A DNA stretch of 64,000 nucleotides from Diadema antillarum. Taxonomy: Eukaryota. The notes under the pieces are model-generated. The model ran no database searches and was not told the origin of the DNA. It was given only the letters and a program-made list of their open reading frames with translations. This document shows, piece after piece, positions 48,995 to 60,651 of this stretch. Positions within the stretch are counted from its first letter, which is position 1. Each line of letters begins with the position of its first letter. The stretch spans positions 434,001 to 498,000 of the forward strand of contig NW_027272307.1 of NCBI RefSeq assembly GCF_040938485.1, written 5' to 3'. Made by a program: the position numbers and the translations under genes.

Positions 48995-51101
48995 ATGGAG
49001 AGAATGCGATTTCTCATCCTCACATGCGTCCTGGCGCTGCTTCGGAACCGCGGAGAGGTTTGCGCCCAGACTCGGCCGAATACCGGGTTGGGTTTCATCG
49101 GTCGTGGTTACGATCTGCTCAGCGGCAACCCGGAGGGTGGTGATGAGGGTGGTACTGACCCAGGCATCAAGGGGAACCCCATCTTTCAGCTGACTTACCC
49201 AGGAGGCGTCCGTTATCCTCGCGAGCTCAGCTTCCACACCACGGACCGACCCTACGTCACGTCAAGTCGAGGGACATTCCACGGCTATCCGAGCTACGCT
49301 GCAAAGCTTGCGTCAAACATAGAGATCATCGGTATATTATTATTGCTCCTATCTACACGCTGATTTCATTTTTTTTAATGAACCGAGTGTAGTAATGATA
49401 AAAGAACCGACAGCAAGGGAAGATGTCATTGAATTTCCTGGTATCCCATCATGAATAGATATCTCACAGTTATTATTACATGAGCTCAACTTAAATCAAA
49501 ATCACTTCTCCGCAAAAAAAAAGAGGTTTAAAAAAGCATCACTACAATGAAGAATTTAATGTTTTTAGTATGAACTGGAAATACATCCGTTTGCTTTCTT
49601 CGATCGAAAAACAAATACATGTTTAAAACTACAATCTCTGAGTATGTGCCTGTGTTGGATGCAGGATTGTGTGTTTGTTTATTTTTCTTACTAATTGTTT
49701 TTTGAAACCGGAGGAACAATTTCGAATGCAATTCAAATGAAATATTTAATCTTAAGAGAGAGCTTGAACCAGTGGTCACACACTGTAAGTGTTGTCGACG
49801 TAACACACGATACAGTGATGGATAGTTGAATACAAGTCTCGGTTGAAGTTGTCTTTTGTGTGTTGAATTTAAAGGATTCATCTGTTTCATTTCCTCTTCG
49901 GACGTTGGTTACTTCATTCAAAATATGTTTGCTAATAATCATGTCTTTTTTACTTGTCTAGGTTCAAACAGCGGAGTCTTCCAAGATCTGATGTTCGTTG
50001 ATAGCTATCGTAAGTGTACTGCGTTATGTGTGTAATCGCGTACATGTGCGTGCGTCAGTTTTGTTCAGGTTTTCGTTTATTTTCGTCACGCAAGAATTCA
50101 ATCAAATTTAAAAACTGATCCAAGACAGAGTAGATATTATAAGAGCGCAACAGAGGAGAATGGTACAAATTTCCTTAAAATCGGACGTATCAAGTACTGT
50201 GGGATGTTAACGTTTCACCAGCTATAGTGCCCAGCTGATTACACCAGGTGGATGATTGCAACAACAAAAAAAAAACAAAAAAAAAAACCATTAACTTTGA
50301 GCCCAGCCGTGTCATTTTGAACTCAGTTTGAACAGATTGATTAGTTACCTGTTTTCAACCCTCCCTCCTAACAGGCAGTATCATCTGGTAACACAACAAA
50401 TATTGATACGTATTAAACTTTCCTTATCGATATCATATCAAACGACAATAACAACAACAAAAAGGAAGAGAAATCATGAAGGTCGAAAGGGTAGCCATTG
50501 ACGTAGTATTATTTCAACAGATGCTTGATACTGTCACAAATTGATTGATCAGCAACTGTTGAATAGCTTTCATGAGATGAAAAGCCTTGGGAACGCTTTT
50601 GGTTTGCGATTAGAAAAAAAATATATATATGTATGAAAAAAAGGACATTGAAAGTACACATGTACCAAACTAACATATCGCTTCAACAAGTCGTATACGT
50701 AAAATAATAAGACATATACAATAAAGCGCACTTGTGTTGAATTTAAATCAGTGATTATCTAAACCTCATCTCTTCAAAATGTATCAGTGAAGCATTCACA
50801 GAATTTTTAATTCCTTAATCCCCATCCCCCTTCTGTCTGTCTATGTCCCTCTCTCTCCACGGCTCCTTTTACAGTCTACGAAAGCTTTGCATCGCGTTTT
50901 CGAACCCGTGGATCTGTGTACTACTACACGGAGACGTCGTCCCGCGTAGGATATGCCCGCTACAAGACAGAGGTAGCTTCGGGCAATGACTACGAGTTAG
51001 AGCGGGACTTTGTACTCGCTGCTCTTCGTCTCCCGACCTCCTACGACCCGAACAACTACAGTCACAACAGATTCATGAGCTTCTTCGATACATGGGGCAC
51101 G
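48995..51101 (+). CDS. Secreted MACPF-domain (perforin/apextrin-like) protein, 5' partial (204 codons in window)
   Basis: Exons: 48995-49331, 49962-50009 and 50875-51101 (phases 1, 1, 0). Signal peptide MRFLILTCVLALL..VCA. GLGFIGRGYDLLSGNP..DPG..IFQLTY is typical of the MACPF N-terminus, and F..FFDTWGT| is the first half of the MACPF (Y/W)G(T/S)H signature. No further exon was found. Confidence 0.88.
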
Positions 51102-52269
51102 GTGAGTCGTCAATGTCGATTACTTCCAGAGTAGAAGATTGATGGAAAGAGCTTTTTCAAGCAGGTTCAGTGACGATGTGGCGTTTGTTCGTAAAAGTAT
51201 TATTTACCATTTGAAGATAACACTAAAACCCCGTTTTGGTGCTTCAAAATAGATCTAAAATGTGAGACAGGGATAGAAAACCGAAGTAAAAATATCAATC
51301 AGCATAATCAATGTTAAAAAACTATATAGTTCGCAAGAAAAAAGTTTCAAAAAAAAATAACATTATTTCTAGAATAAACCGTGTACAGATATGGTTTACT
51401 GAAAAAATTATAGCTTTCTTGAGCAATTTTTATACGGTAGGATGTTTTCTGATACAACTGGCCTACACGTGCATCAAATGTGATGACTCGAAAGTTTTGT
51501 AAATCACTGCTCCCGATGGTAAATGTTACCTTTAAAAGCATGTTCGGAACTTTAACAATGGTTCTCGCCGATTTAACATAAATGATTCAGTCTGAGACGC
51601 ATACCTAAATTCTTCTTTTATTACTATTATTATCATTATCATTACTTATTCGGCTTGCAGTCACAAATATCAATTACATTCTAGGGCATGCTTTCAGAGA
51701 GTTGGAGGTGATCATTATTTTCTACCTTTAACTTTCATTACTTTGTAATCATTTTTAAAGAAAAACTTACGTTTTTGATACTTAATACAAGATGTTAAGT
51801 TCAAGGGTTGACATTCAGAAAAGTTCTAGTTGACAAGAAATGATAATTGTTTATATGACGCTGCATTATAAGGAACACAAACGGAATCAATATTTGGCTG
51901 AAATTATTTTTTTTTCTCACATCTCGCTGATGTGTCCTCTTAATATTGCTGCATTCACTCAATCCTTGATATCCTATTATCCTTTTATTCTTTTTCACGG
52001 TACTACACAAATCAAATTATTGCCAAGAAAGCGGAAACGGTATATGAAGTAATCTGTAAACAACAAAGTATAAATATAATTTTCCCATAATGTTTCAAGA
52101 CTTGCTTAATAGCAAAAACAAAAAACAAAAACAAAAACAGCATAAATGGGACACTCAAAAAAGCTCACTGTACAGTATGTAGCTTAATCCTATCTACTTC
52201 TGCTGCACCTGTTTCAATTCCCCGTCTCCGGAAGCCTTATTGGCGCTGAGTGATATTGGCGGGAAAATT

Positions 52270-54830
52270 AGAGAACAGATAATTGAAGAGATGGTAAATA
52301 AGGCATTCTTTTGCTATAAAATTGATTCCGAGTGATGAAAAAAAGACAGATGAGTGGAAAAATGAGTGATAATTAGGGGTATTTTTTTGCTGTAAAATCA
52401 ATTCCGAGCAGAATCAATGAGTGATAAAAGATGATCCAGTGGAAAGGTGAGAAATAAGGGTATTTCTTAGCAGTAAAATTAATTCCGAGCGGAACTTAAT
52501 TCCGAGCGAAAGTGATAAAAGACGACGAGTAGAAGGGAGAAATAGGGGTATTCTTTTGTCGTAAACTTGATTCCGAGCGGAATCAATAAAGTGATAAAAG
52601 AGGAAAAATGTGTGGAAATTTGAGAAGAAAGGGTATTCTTTTGCTGTAAATTTGATTCCGAGCGGAACTAATAAATACAGTGATAAAAGATAAGTGGAAA
52701 GGTGAGAAATGGGGGTATTCTTTTGTCGTAAATTTGATTCCGAGCGGAATCAATAAAGTGATAAAAGAAGAGAGATGAGTAGAAAGGTGAGAAATAGAGG
52801 TATTCTTTTGTTGTAAACTTGATTCCGAGCGGAATCAATAAAGTGATAAAAGAGGAAAAATGTGTGGAAATTTGAGAAGAAAGGGTATTCTTTTGCTGTA
52901 AATTTGATTCCGAGCGGAACTAATAAATACAGTGATAAAAGATAAGTGGAAAGGTGAGAAATGGGGGTATTCTTTTGTCGTAAATTTGATTCCGAGCGGA
53001 ATCAATAAAGTGATAAAAGAAGAGAGATGAGTAGAAAGGTGAGAAATAGAGGTATTCTTTTGTTGTAAACTTGATTCCGAGCGGAATCAATTAAGTGATA
53101 AAAGAGGAAAAATGAGTGGAAATTTGAGAAGAAAGGGTATTTTTTTGCTGTAAAATTGATTCCGAGCGGAATTGATAAAGACAGTGATAAAAGAAGAGAG
53201 ATGAGTGGAAAAGTGAGAAATAGGGGTATTCTTTTGCTGTGAAATTGATTCCCAGCGGAATCAATAAAGTGATAAAAGAGGATACTGGATGAGTGGAAAG
53301 GTAAGAGATTTAGGGGCATTCTTTTGTTGTGAACTTGATTCTGAGAGGAATCAATAAAGTGATAAAAGAAGAGAGATAAGTGGAAAGGTGAGAAATAGGG
53401 GCATTCTTTTGTAAACTTGATTCCGAGTGGAATCAATAAAGTAATAAAAGAAGAGAGATAAGTGGAAAGGTGAGAAATAGGGGTATTCTTTTGTCGTAAA
53501 CTTGATTCCGAGCGGAATCAATAAAGTGATAAAAGAGGAAAAATGTGTGGAAATTTGAGAAGAAAGGGTATTCTTTTGCTGTAAATTTGATTCCGAGCGG
53601 AACTAATAAATACAGTGATAAAAGATCAGTGGAAAGGTGAGAAATGGGGGTATTCTTTTGTTGTAAATTTGATTCCGAGCGGAGTCAATAAAGTGATAAA
53701 AGAAGAGAGATGAGTGGAAAGGTGAGAAATAGGGGCATTCTTTTGTTGTAAAATTGATTCCGAGTGGAATCAATACAGTAATAAAAGAAGAGAGATGAGT
53801 GGAAAGGTGAGAAATAGGGGCATTCTTTTGTTGTAAACTTGATTGCGAAAGGAATCAATAAAGTGATAAAAGAAGAGAGATGTGTGGAAAGGTGAGAAAT
53901 AGGGGTATTCTTTTGCTGTAAAATTAATTCCGAGTGGAATCAATAAAGTGATAAAAGAGGAAAAATGAGTGGATATGTGAGAAATAGGGGTGCTGTAAAA
54001 TTGACTCCCAGCGGAACTGATAAAGACAGTGACAAAAGAAGAGAGATGAGTGGAAAGGTGAGAAATAGGGGCATTCTTTTGTAGTAAAATTAATTCCGAG
54101 CGGAACTAATAAAGTGATAAAAAAGTATATGGTATGAGTGGAATGGTGAGAAATGGGGTATTCTTTGGCTGTAAACTTGATTCCGAGTGGAATCAATAAA
54201 GTGATAAAAGAAGAGAGATGTGTGGAAAGGTGAGAAATAGGGGCATTCTTTTGTAGTAAAATTAATTCCGAGCGGAATTAATAAAGTGATAAAAAAGTAT
54301 ATGGTATGAGTGGAATGGTGAGAAATGGGGTATTCTTTGGCTGTAAACTTGATTCCGAGTGGAATCAATAAAGTAATAAATGAGGAAAAATGAGTGGATA
54401 TGTGAGAAAAAGGGTATTCTTTTGCTGTAAACTTGAAACTTGAGTAAAATGAATTCCCAGCGGAATGAGTAAAGTGATAAAAGAGGAAAAAAGTTATGAG
54501 TGGAAAGGTGATAAATAGGGGCATTCTTTTAGTGCTGTAAAATTGGTTCTGAGGGGAATCAATAAAGTAATAAAAGAGGAAAAATGAGTGGATATGTGGA
54601 AAAAGGGTATTCTTTTGCTGTAAACTTGAAACTTGAGTAAAATGAATTCCCAGGGGAATGAGTAAAGTGATAAAAGAGGAAAAAAGTAATAAGTGGAAAG
54701 GTGATAAATAGGGGCATTCTTTTGCTGTAAAATTGATTCCGAGAGGAATCAATAAAGTAATAAAAGAGGAAAAATGAGTGGATATGTGGAAAAAGGGTAT
54801 TCTTTTGCTGTAAACTTGAAACTTGAGTAC
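52270..54830. repeat. Tandem satellite/minisatellite, ~84-bp unit, ~30 copies
   Basis: Consensus GTGATAAAAGAAGAGAGATGAGTGGAAAGGTGAGAAATAGGGGCATTCTTTTGTTGTAAACTTGATTCCGAGCGGAATCAATAAA. It explains all ORFs in the track at 53002-55015. Confidence 0.95.
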
Positions 54831-56287
54831 GCAGAGCCGATGAATCCAGTGAGAGACGACGTACTGATTTCGGAACAAAATGTGATGTGTTTATATAACG
54901 TGATTGCGTACCTGGAGGAGACCCACATAGCAGTGGCGACTGCTTGTTGTTGCTTTGTTAGGTCCCAAGATATCCACGAATGTCGAAAATAAAATTCAGC
55001 ACTGAAGACAATCACTTTGGTGGACTAAAGAAAACCAAAAGTGGAATAGATTGGGGCAATAACTGTCTGTAGCAAAATGGAAAAAAAAAACAGTGTGAGG
55101 AAAATGCTCATATAGAATGAATGGAAAAAAAAAATGGTAAACACTAAAGGATACATTAAAACGCAATATCAAAAATCATGAGAATTCTCAGGAAAGAAAT
55201 ACCAACAACCAAAATACACAAGTAAAAAAAAAATAACATCAACTGTGATTAAAATGAACAACTACAGAACAACATAATTATCATGAAACTATTAAACAAT
55301 TAGTCAATAGAAACAAGAAATCATATGGTACTCATGTTATCCCAAAACAAAAAGTACTGGATTTGCCTTACGACTAATAAAAAAAAATCAGTGTAAACTA
55401 ACAGACATATTGTGATCAATTGGCTAAAGTAAAACATGAGGAGGTAACAATGAAAGGTTAGTTGTACTGGGCAAGGTCAGCTTCTTAAAGTATCATGGAA
55501 ATGAGACAAATGGTGAGGCTCAAATATAATATGATTATTAAATAAAACTTGTAAGTATGAGGTAAACATGTAGTATATACAATGTATATGTTATATATCA
55601 ACTTGTGTGATGGCAAATGATAGACACTACATTTGGTGAGATACATTTCAAATATAAATTATGTTGATATCACTTGTTCAACAATCAACTTTCAAACTAT
55701 GTTGGCCATGGTGTATCACACCGAATGAACGACACAGGCAAATCCAACAAAAGAAAGCATGCCTGTAATAACATCAAAAAAAAAATGCAATGCAATGGTG
55801 AAAAAAAATAAAATCTAGTAATCATATTGTTATCATATGCTAAAATGCACAATGCTATAAGCCTACATCACAACAATATTACCGTGACAAATATGAGAAG
55901 AAGTCATGTAATATACATTACACATAACAAAAGTACTAATCACTAGTCAATTGAAAAACAGGAGGAAATGAGCGCTTCAGCGAATAACATGGGTATGATC
56001 AATTAAGAATCATATGACCAAAATACACAATTACTGCATCAACTCAAAAGAGATGCAAAACATCGGGAGTAAAGCTAATCACAAACAATAACCAAAAATC
56101 ATAAAGCACCAAAAACTGATAGATGTGAATTGCAAGGTGTGATAGGAAACAGGAATGTAAGGGTAAATAGGAAAACAGGGAAAAGAAGGGTAATAAGAGG
56201 GTGACATATTACAGAAAAGAAGTTAGTAAGAGAGACTCCAAGGGAAAAGAATACCTGGGGATACAAGGAAGTAGACGAAAAATAACA

Positions 56288-59200
56288 TTATAAATTGGAG
56301 GGAACTGGGTTGCCAAAATAATCAGGCGGTCGTACAACTCGGCCTGATCGGGTTTGATATCTGGGGTCATGGTTTCGAGCGTGAGCATCCTGGGAGGGGG
56401 AAGGTGGGGTAGGGGTTGTAGGCAACTCCTGAGATGGTAAAGTGGTGTCTGTGAAAACCGGGACAAAGACAGATGTTGATTGATCATTTGGAGTTGGTGG
56501 CACTTGGTTTTCAGGTTGAGGTGGGGATGGTGGCGGCTCAAGGTAAGGCTTGAGACGATTGTAGTGAATGCCCTTTGGACGGGAGTTTGGGTCAGACATG
56601 CACGAAAGGTGGTATATGATGCCTTGCTCATCTCTACGCACAATGCAATATGGGCCTTTCCATTTTTCACCTAGTTTGTCTCGTGATGCAGTTGGATTTG
56701 ACATTAGTACCTTATCACCTATGTTGTATGGCACAAATCGCACTGACTTGTCATAGTGGGACTTTTGTGAGTTCCGCGCTTTTGCTGTTTTGGCGTCAGC
56801 ATGCTCAAATGCAGAGTGCAGGCGGGTGAGGAGAGTTTTGGCATAATCATCTGGTGTATGAGAAGGGACAACGGGGTCTGATGATGTGAAGAGGGAGAGA
56901 GGCAGCCTTGCCTCACGACCATGGACTAGAAAGAAGGGGGTGAAACCAGTAGTGGAGTGATGTGTCGTATTGTATGTGAGTTGATGTTGACTGAGGACAA
57001 GGTCCCAGTCAGTGAGGGCGGAGGAGAGTCGCTTACCAATTTCCAGTTTCAGGGTCCGGTTGTGTCGCTCCACCATGCCATCAGACTGAGGATGGTATGG
57101 GGTGGTGCGAGTCTTAGAGATGTCAAGCTTTTGACACAATGTACTCACAACCCGGGACTCAAATTGACGACCCTGATCGGAGTGGATGGATTCAGGGATG
57201 CCATGCTGGCAAATGTATTTGTCGAAGAGGCAGCTTGCCACAGCATCAGCTGTCTGATGGGGTAGGGGATAAAGGTTGACATATTTGGTGAAGTAGTCTT
57301 CGACTACAAGTATATATCGGTTTCCTCGAGGCGTGAGGGGCATTTCGGTAATATCTACACCAATTCGTTGGAAAGGTCGCGAGGAGGTGATCGGTTGCAG
57401 GGGAGCGCGAAGCGCTGGGACAGGGGCACGACGCGTTTGGCATGGGAGACAGCGTTTGCAAAAATCTGTAATATCTGCACGCATTCCCGGCCAAAAGCAC
57501 GCTTGAGTGGCTCTCTTTATTACCTTGTCAGCGCCAAAATGACCAGAGAGATGGGAGCCATGGAGGATGGAGAGAACTTCGGGGATGAGAGAATGGGGGA
57601 TGATAACTTGGTCCACAGTAGCACCAGAGGGAAGACGGTTTTGCCGATATAACAGACCATCACGAATGTGCAACCTGTCGCGCTCAACATAGAACTTGCG
57701 TAAAGAGAGCTCAGCATTCGAGATAGTTGACCTGAGGGGAAACGAACCAGAACGAACCCACGACACCACCTCACGCAAGATTGGGTCAGAATGTTGAGCC
57801 TGGTGTAAGCGATGACCACCAGCCAACAATGATGCACAGAGTGCAATTTCACTGTCCGGGGATGGAGATGCTTGGTTAGGATAGGAAGAAGAGGAAGATG
57901 TGTGGACGGAGTGAGGGTGAGGACAAGTGGGGGTAGATGGAGATTGGAGAGCCGAAGAAGGAGTGGGTGGGGAAATGGGAGGATGTGCAGAAGGCGAAGC
58001 AGAAGGTGGAGTAGGAATAGGAGGGTGAGAAGGGGAAGAAGGAGGAGGAGGAGGGTGAGAAGGAGGAGGNNNNNNNNNNNNNNNNNNNNNNNNNNNNNNN
58101 NNNNNNNNNNNNNNNNNNNNNNNNNNNNNNNNNNNNNNNNNNNNNNNNNNNNNNNNNNNNNNNNNNNNNNNNNNNNNNNNNNNNNNNNNNNNNNNNNNNN
58201 NNNNNNNNNNNNNNNNNNNNNNNNNNNNNNNNNNNNNNNNNNNNNNNNNNNNNNNNNNNNNNNNNNNNNNNNNNNNNNNNNNNNNNNNNNNNNNNNNNNN
58301 NNNNNNNNNNNNNNNNNNNNNNNNNNNNNNNNNNNNNNNNNNNNNNNNNNNNNNNNNNNNNNNNNNNNNNNCGATGCAGGATCAGTTGATTGTGGTATAC
58401 GCGATAGCGCATCAGCATTTGCATGCTTAGCGCCATCCCGATGTTCAACAACCCAGTCGAAAGTATCAAGCTCGAGTGCCCAGCGACCGCGGCGTGAAGA
58501 GGCAATGCCAGCATCGTGACCAACTGGTAGCCGACGAAGCCCTACTAGAGGCTTGTGATCCGTGACAATGGTGAATTGTGACGTCAGCAGGTAATGACGA
58601 AAGTGCCGCACAGACCATACAATGGCCCATAGCTCACGGTCATACGTAGACCATCGTCGCTCAGCGTGTGACAGCGTGTGACTAGCGTATGCAATGACAC
58701 GTTCCTTATCATCCAGACACTGTGTGAGGACTGCACCCACCGCAAAGTTTGACGCATCAGTGTGTAGAGTGAATGGCCTGGAAAAGATGGGAAATGACAT
58801 CAAAGGAGGTGAGGTGAGGGTGTCACGTAAAGAGTGGAAAGCCTGATCACATTCATCCGACCACACATATGAAATGCCTTTCTTCGTCAAGGTGTACAGA
58901 GGCTGTGCAACATGTGCGAATTTGTTCACAAACCGACGATAGTATGAACAAAGGCCAAGGAAAGCACGTAATTCCGTGACATTCCGGGGAACGGGCCACG
59001 AACGAACCTTGTCAATGTTGGCAGGGTCAGGAAGGACGCCAGCTGGAGAAATTACATGACCAAGGAATGTAACTTCCTGCTTGAAGAAGGCACATTTGTC
59101 AGGTCGCAGCTTGAGCCCGGCCGATCTGAGTCGGTCGAAGACAGCTTGCAGGCGGTTGAGTTTCTCATCAAAAGTGCGACCAAAGACGATAACGTCATCA

Positions 59201-60651
59201 AGATACACAAGGACTGAATCCCAGTGTAACCCTCGTAACACCAGTTGCATGAGACGCTGGAATGTGGATGGAGCATTACGCAGACCCATGGGCATGACTG
59301 TGAATTGGAATAGATCTGTACCTGTTGTGAATGCTGTCTTAGCTTTGTCTGCGGGATCCATGGCAACCTGCCAGTACCCACTGGACAAGTCCATTGTGCT
59401 GAAATAGGTGTTTCCAGCAAGGGAGTCAAGCGTGTCATCGATGCGAGGGAGTGGGTGAGAATCAGGGCAAGTGATCTTATTCAGTTTACGGTAATCAATA
59501 CAGAAACGATATGACCCTGATTTCTTCTTGACCATGACCACCGGTGAGCTCCAGGGGCTGGAACTGGGCTCGATAACCCCGGCCTCAAGCAGGCGATCAC
59601 ATTGTTGTTTGATCTCCTGTCGAATTGTGGGTGATGCACGGTATGCCCTCTGTCGAATAGGGGAAGCATTGTTAGTTGGTATTTCATGCTGAACCAGATC
59701 AGTGTGCCCATAATCGTCGGCAGATTGACTGAAAATGTCTGCATAGTCATGAAGGAGAGCACTAACACGAGCCTGCTGAGACGAAGTCAATGATGTCGAT
59801 GATAGATCAAAGGATGAATGGCTAGGAAGAGAGGAAGGGGGAGAGTCAAGAGAGACAGGAGGAGCGACCAAAGCACAGTACTGCTCTCCTGTGCGGCCCA
59901 GCATGGGATGGAAATCACCGAGAGGCATGCCTGGATAAAGTGTGACCGATGACGATGTCGGGTTTGCAACACGAACTGGAACTGTACCATCAACCACGGA
60001 GCCAAGTGTACATGCAACAATAACAGGTAATTCATTACCAGGTACGAGCACACCATCGACCTCTTGGGGAAAACAAGTCAGAGAATCCTTACATAGAGGT
60101 ATCGGGAGAACTGTCTCACTCCAAGGAGGGATGACGATCTCCTCATCGACGACTGTTGAAATTACCAGAGGAACGGCACGGTGAGTTCCTAAAAGGGGGA
60201 GAGTGACTGAAGAAAGTGACAGGGAGCCATGACTTACATCTAATATCGCCTGATGAGCCGACAAGAAATCCCATCCCAAAATGATGGGGGGATGAATACC
60301 ACGAGCTACCTGAAAATGAAATGAAAACTGTGATGAATGAGCAGAAAAATCTACCAAAATGGAACCAAATGTGTCAAAAACTTCTCCAGAAACAGCTTTC
60401 ACTGGAACAGGGAGTGAGAGGTATGGCCGAGAGGACAGAGACGGGAGAGATGATCGGAGTTTCTCATCAATGAGTGACATTGAAGCGCCAGTATCGATCA
60501 AAGCTGGGATTTCTGTAGAGCCAATAGAAATCAGAATGCGAGATGAAGGAGTCGGAGAAGGCACAGAGGGCAAATGAAGAGGAGATTGAGATTGGGTCTC
60601 AAATGATGAGGCTGACGGACGACCCGCACCATCAGCTGACACTAGTTTTCC
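56288..60651 (-). CDS. pol: Gypsy Pol polyprotein (protease, RT, RNase H, integrase), spanning an N gap
   Basis: ALIDTGAS (protease). YRFCIDYRKLN, LPRIDD, MPMGLRNAP and YLDD (RT). TDAS..DRELWAI..TDHKPL (RNase H). H..GH..C..C, VDI..SDQG..GMVER and WKGPY (integrase). The frame change between the two track ORFs falls in the unsized gap 58070-58371. Confidence 0.95.
60611..60651 (-). promoter_or_regulatory. Putative -1 programmed ribosomal frameshift signal
   Basis: G-GAA-AAC (60651-60645) directly before the gag UAG, an 8-nt spacer, and stem GCUGAUGG/CCGUCAGC (60636-60611). pol is in the -1 frame. Confidence 0.75.

Noticed and set aside
52270-54830. CRISPR array (palindromic repeat at regular spacing)
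   Set aside because: The intervening sequences are themselves repeats rather than unique spacers, there are no cas genes, and the context is eukaryotic with spliceosomal introns.
53002-55015. Repetitive hydrophobic ORFs (IPLGIKFT..., 90-262 aa)
   Set aside because: Translations of the satellite.
55000-56287. env-like third ORF in the Gypsy 3' region
   Set aside because: No sizeable ORF on the element strand; the sequence is U-rich and non-coding.
57520-58069. C-terminal part of the 1040-aa pol ORF as given in the track (LLLLTLL...)
   Set aside because: Wrong frame after the unsized gap; the integrase frame (Pro-rich linker to HHCC) is the meaningful one.
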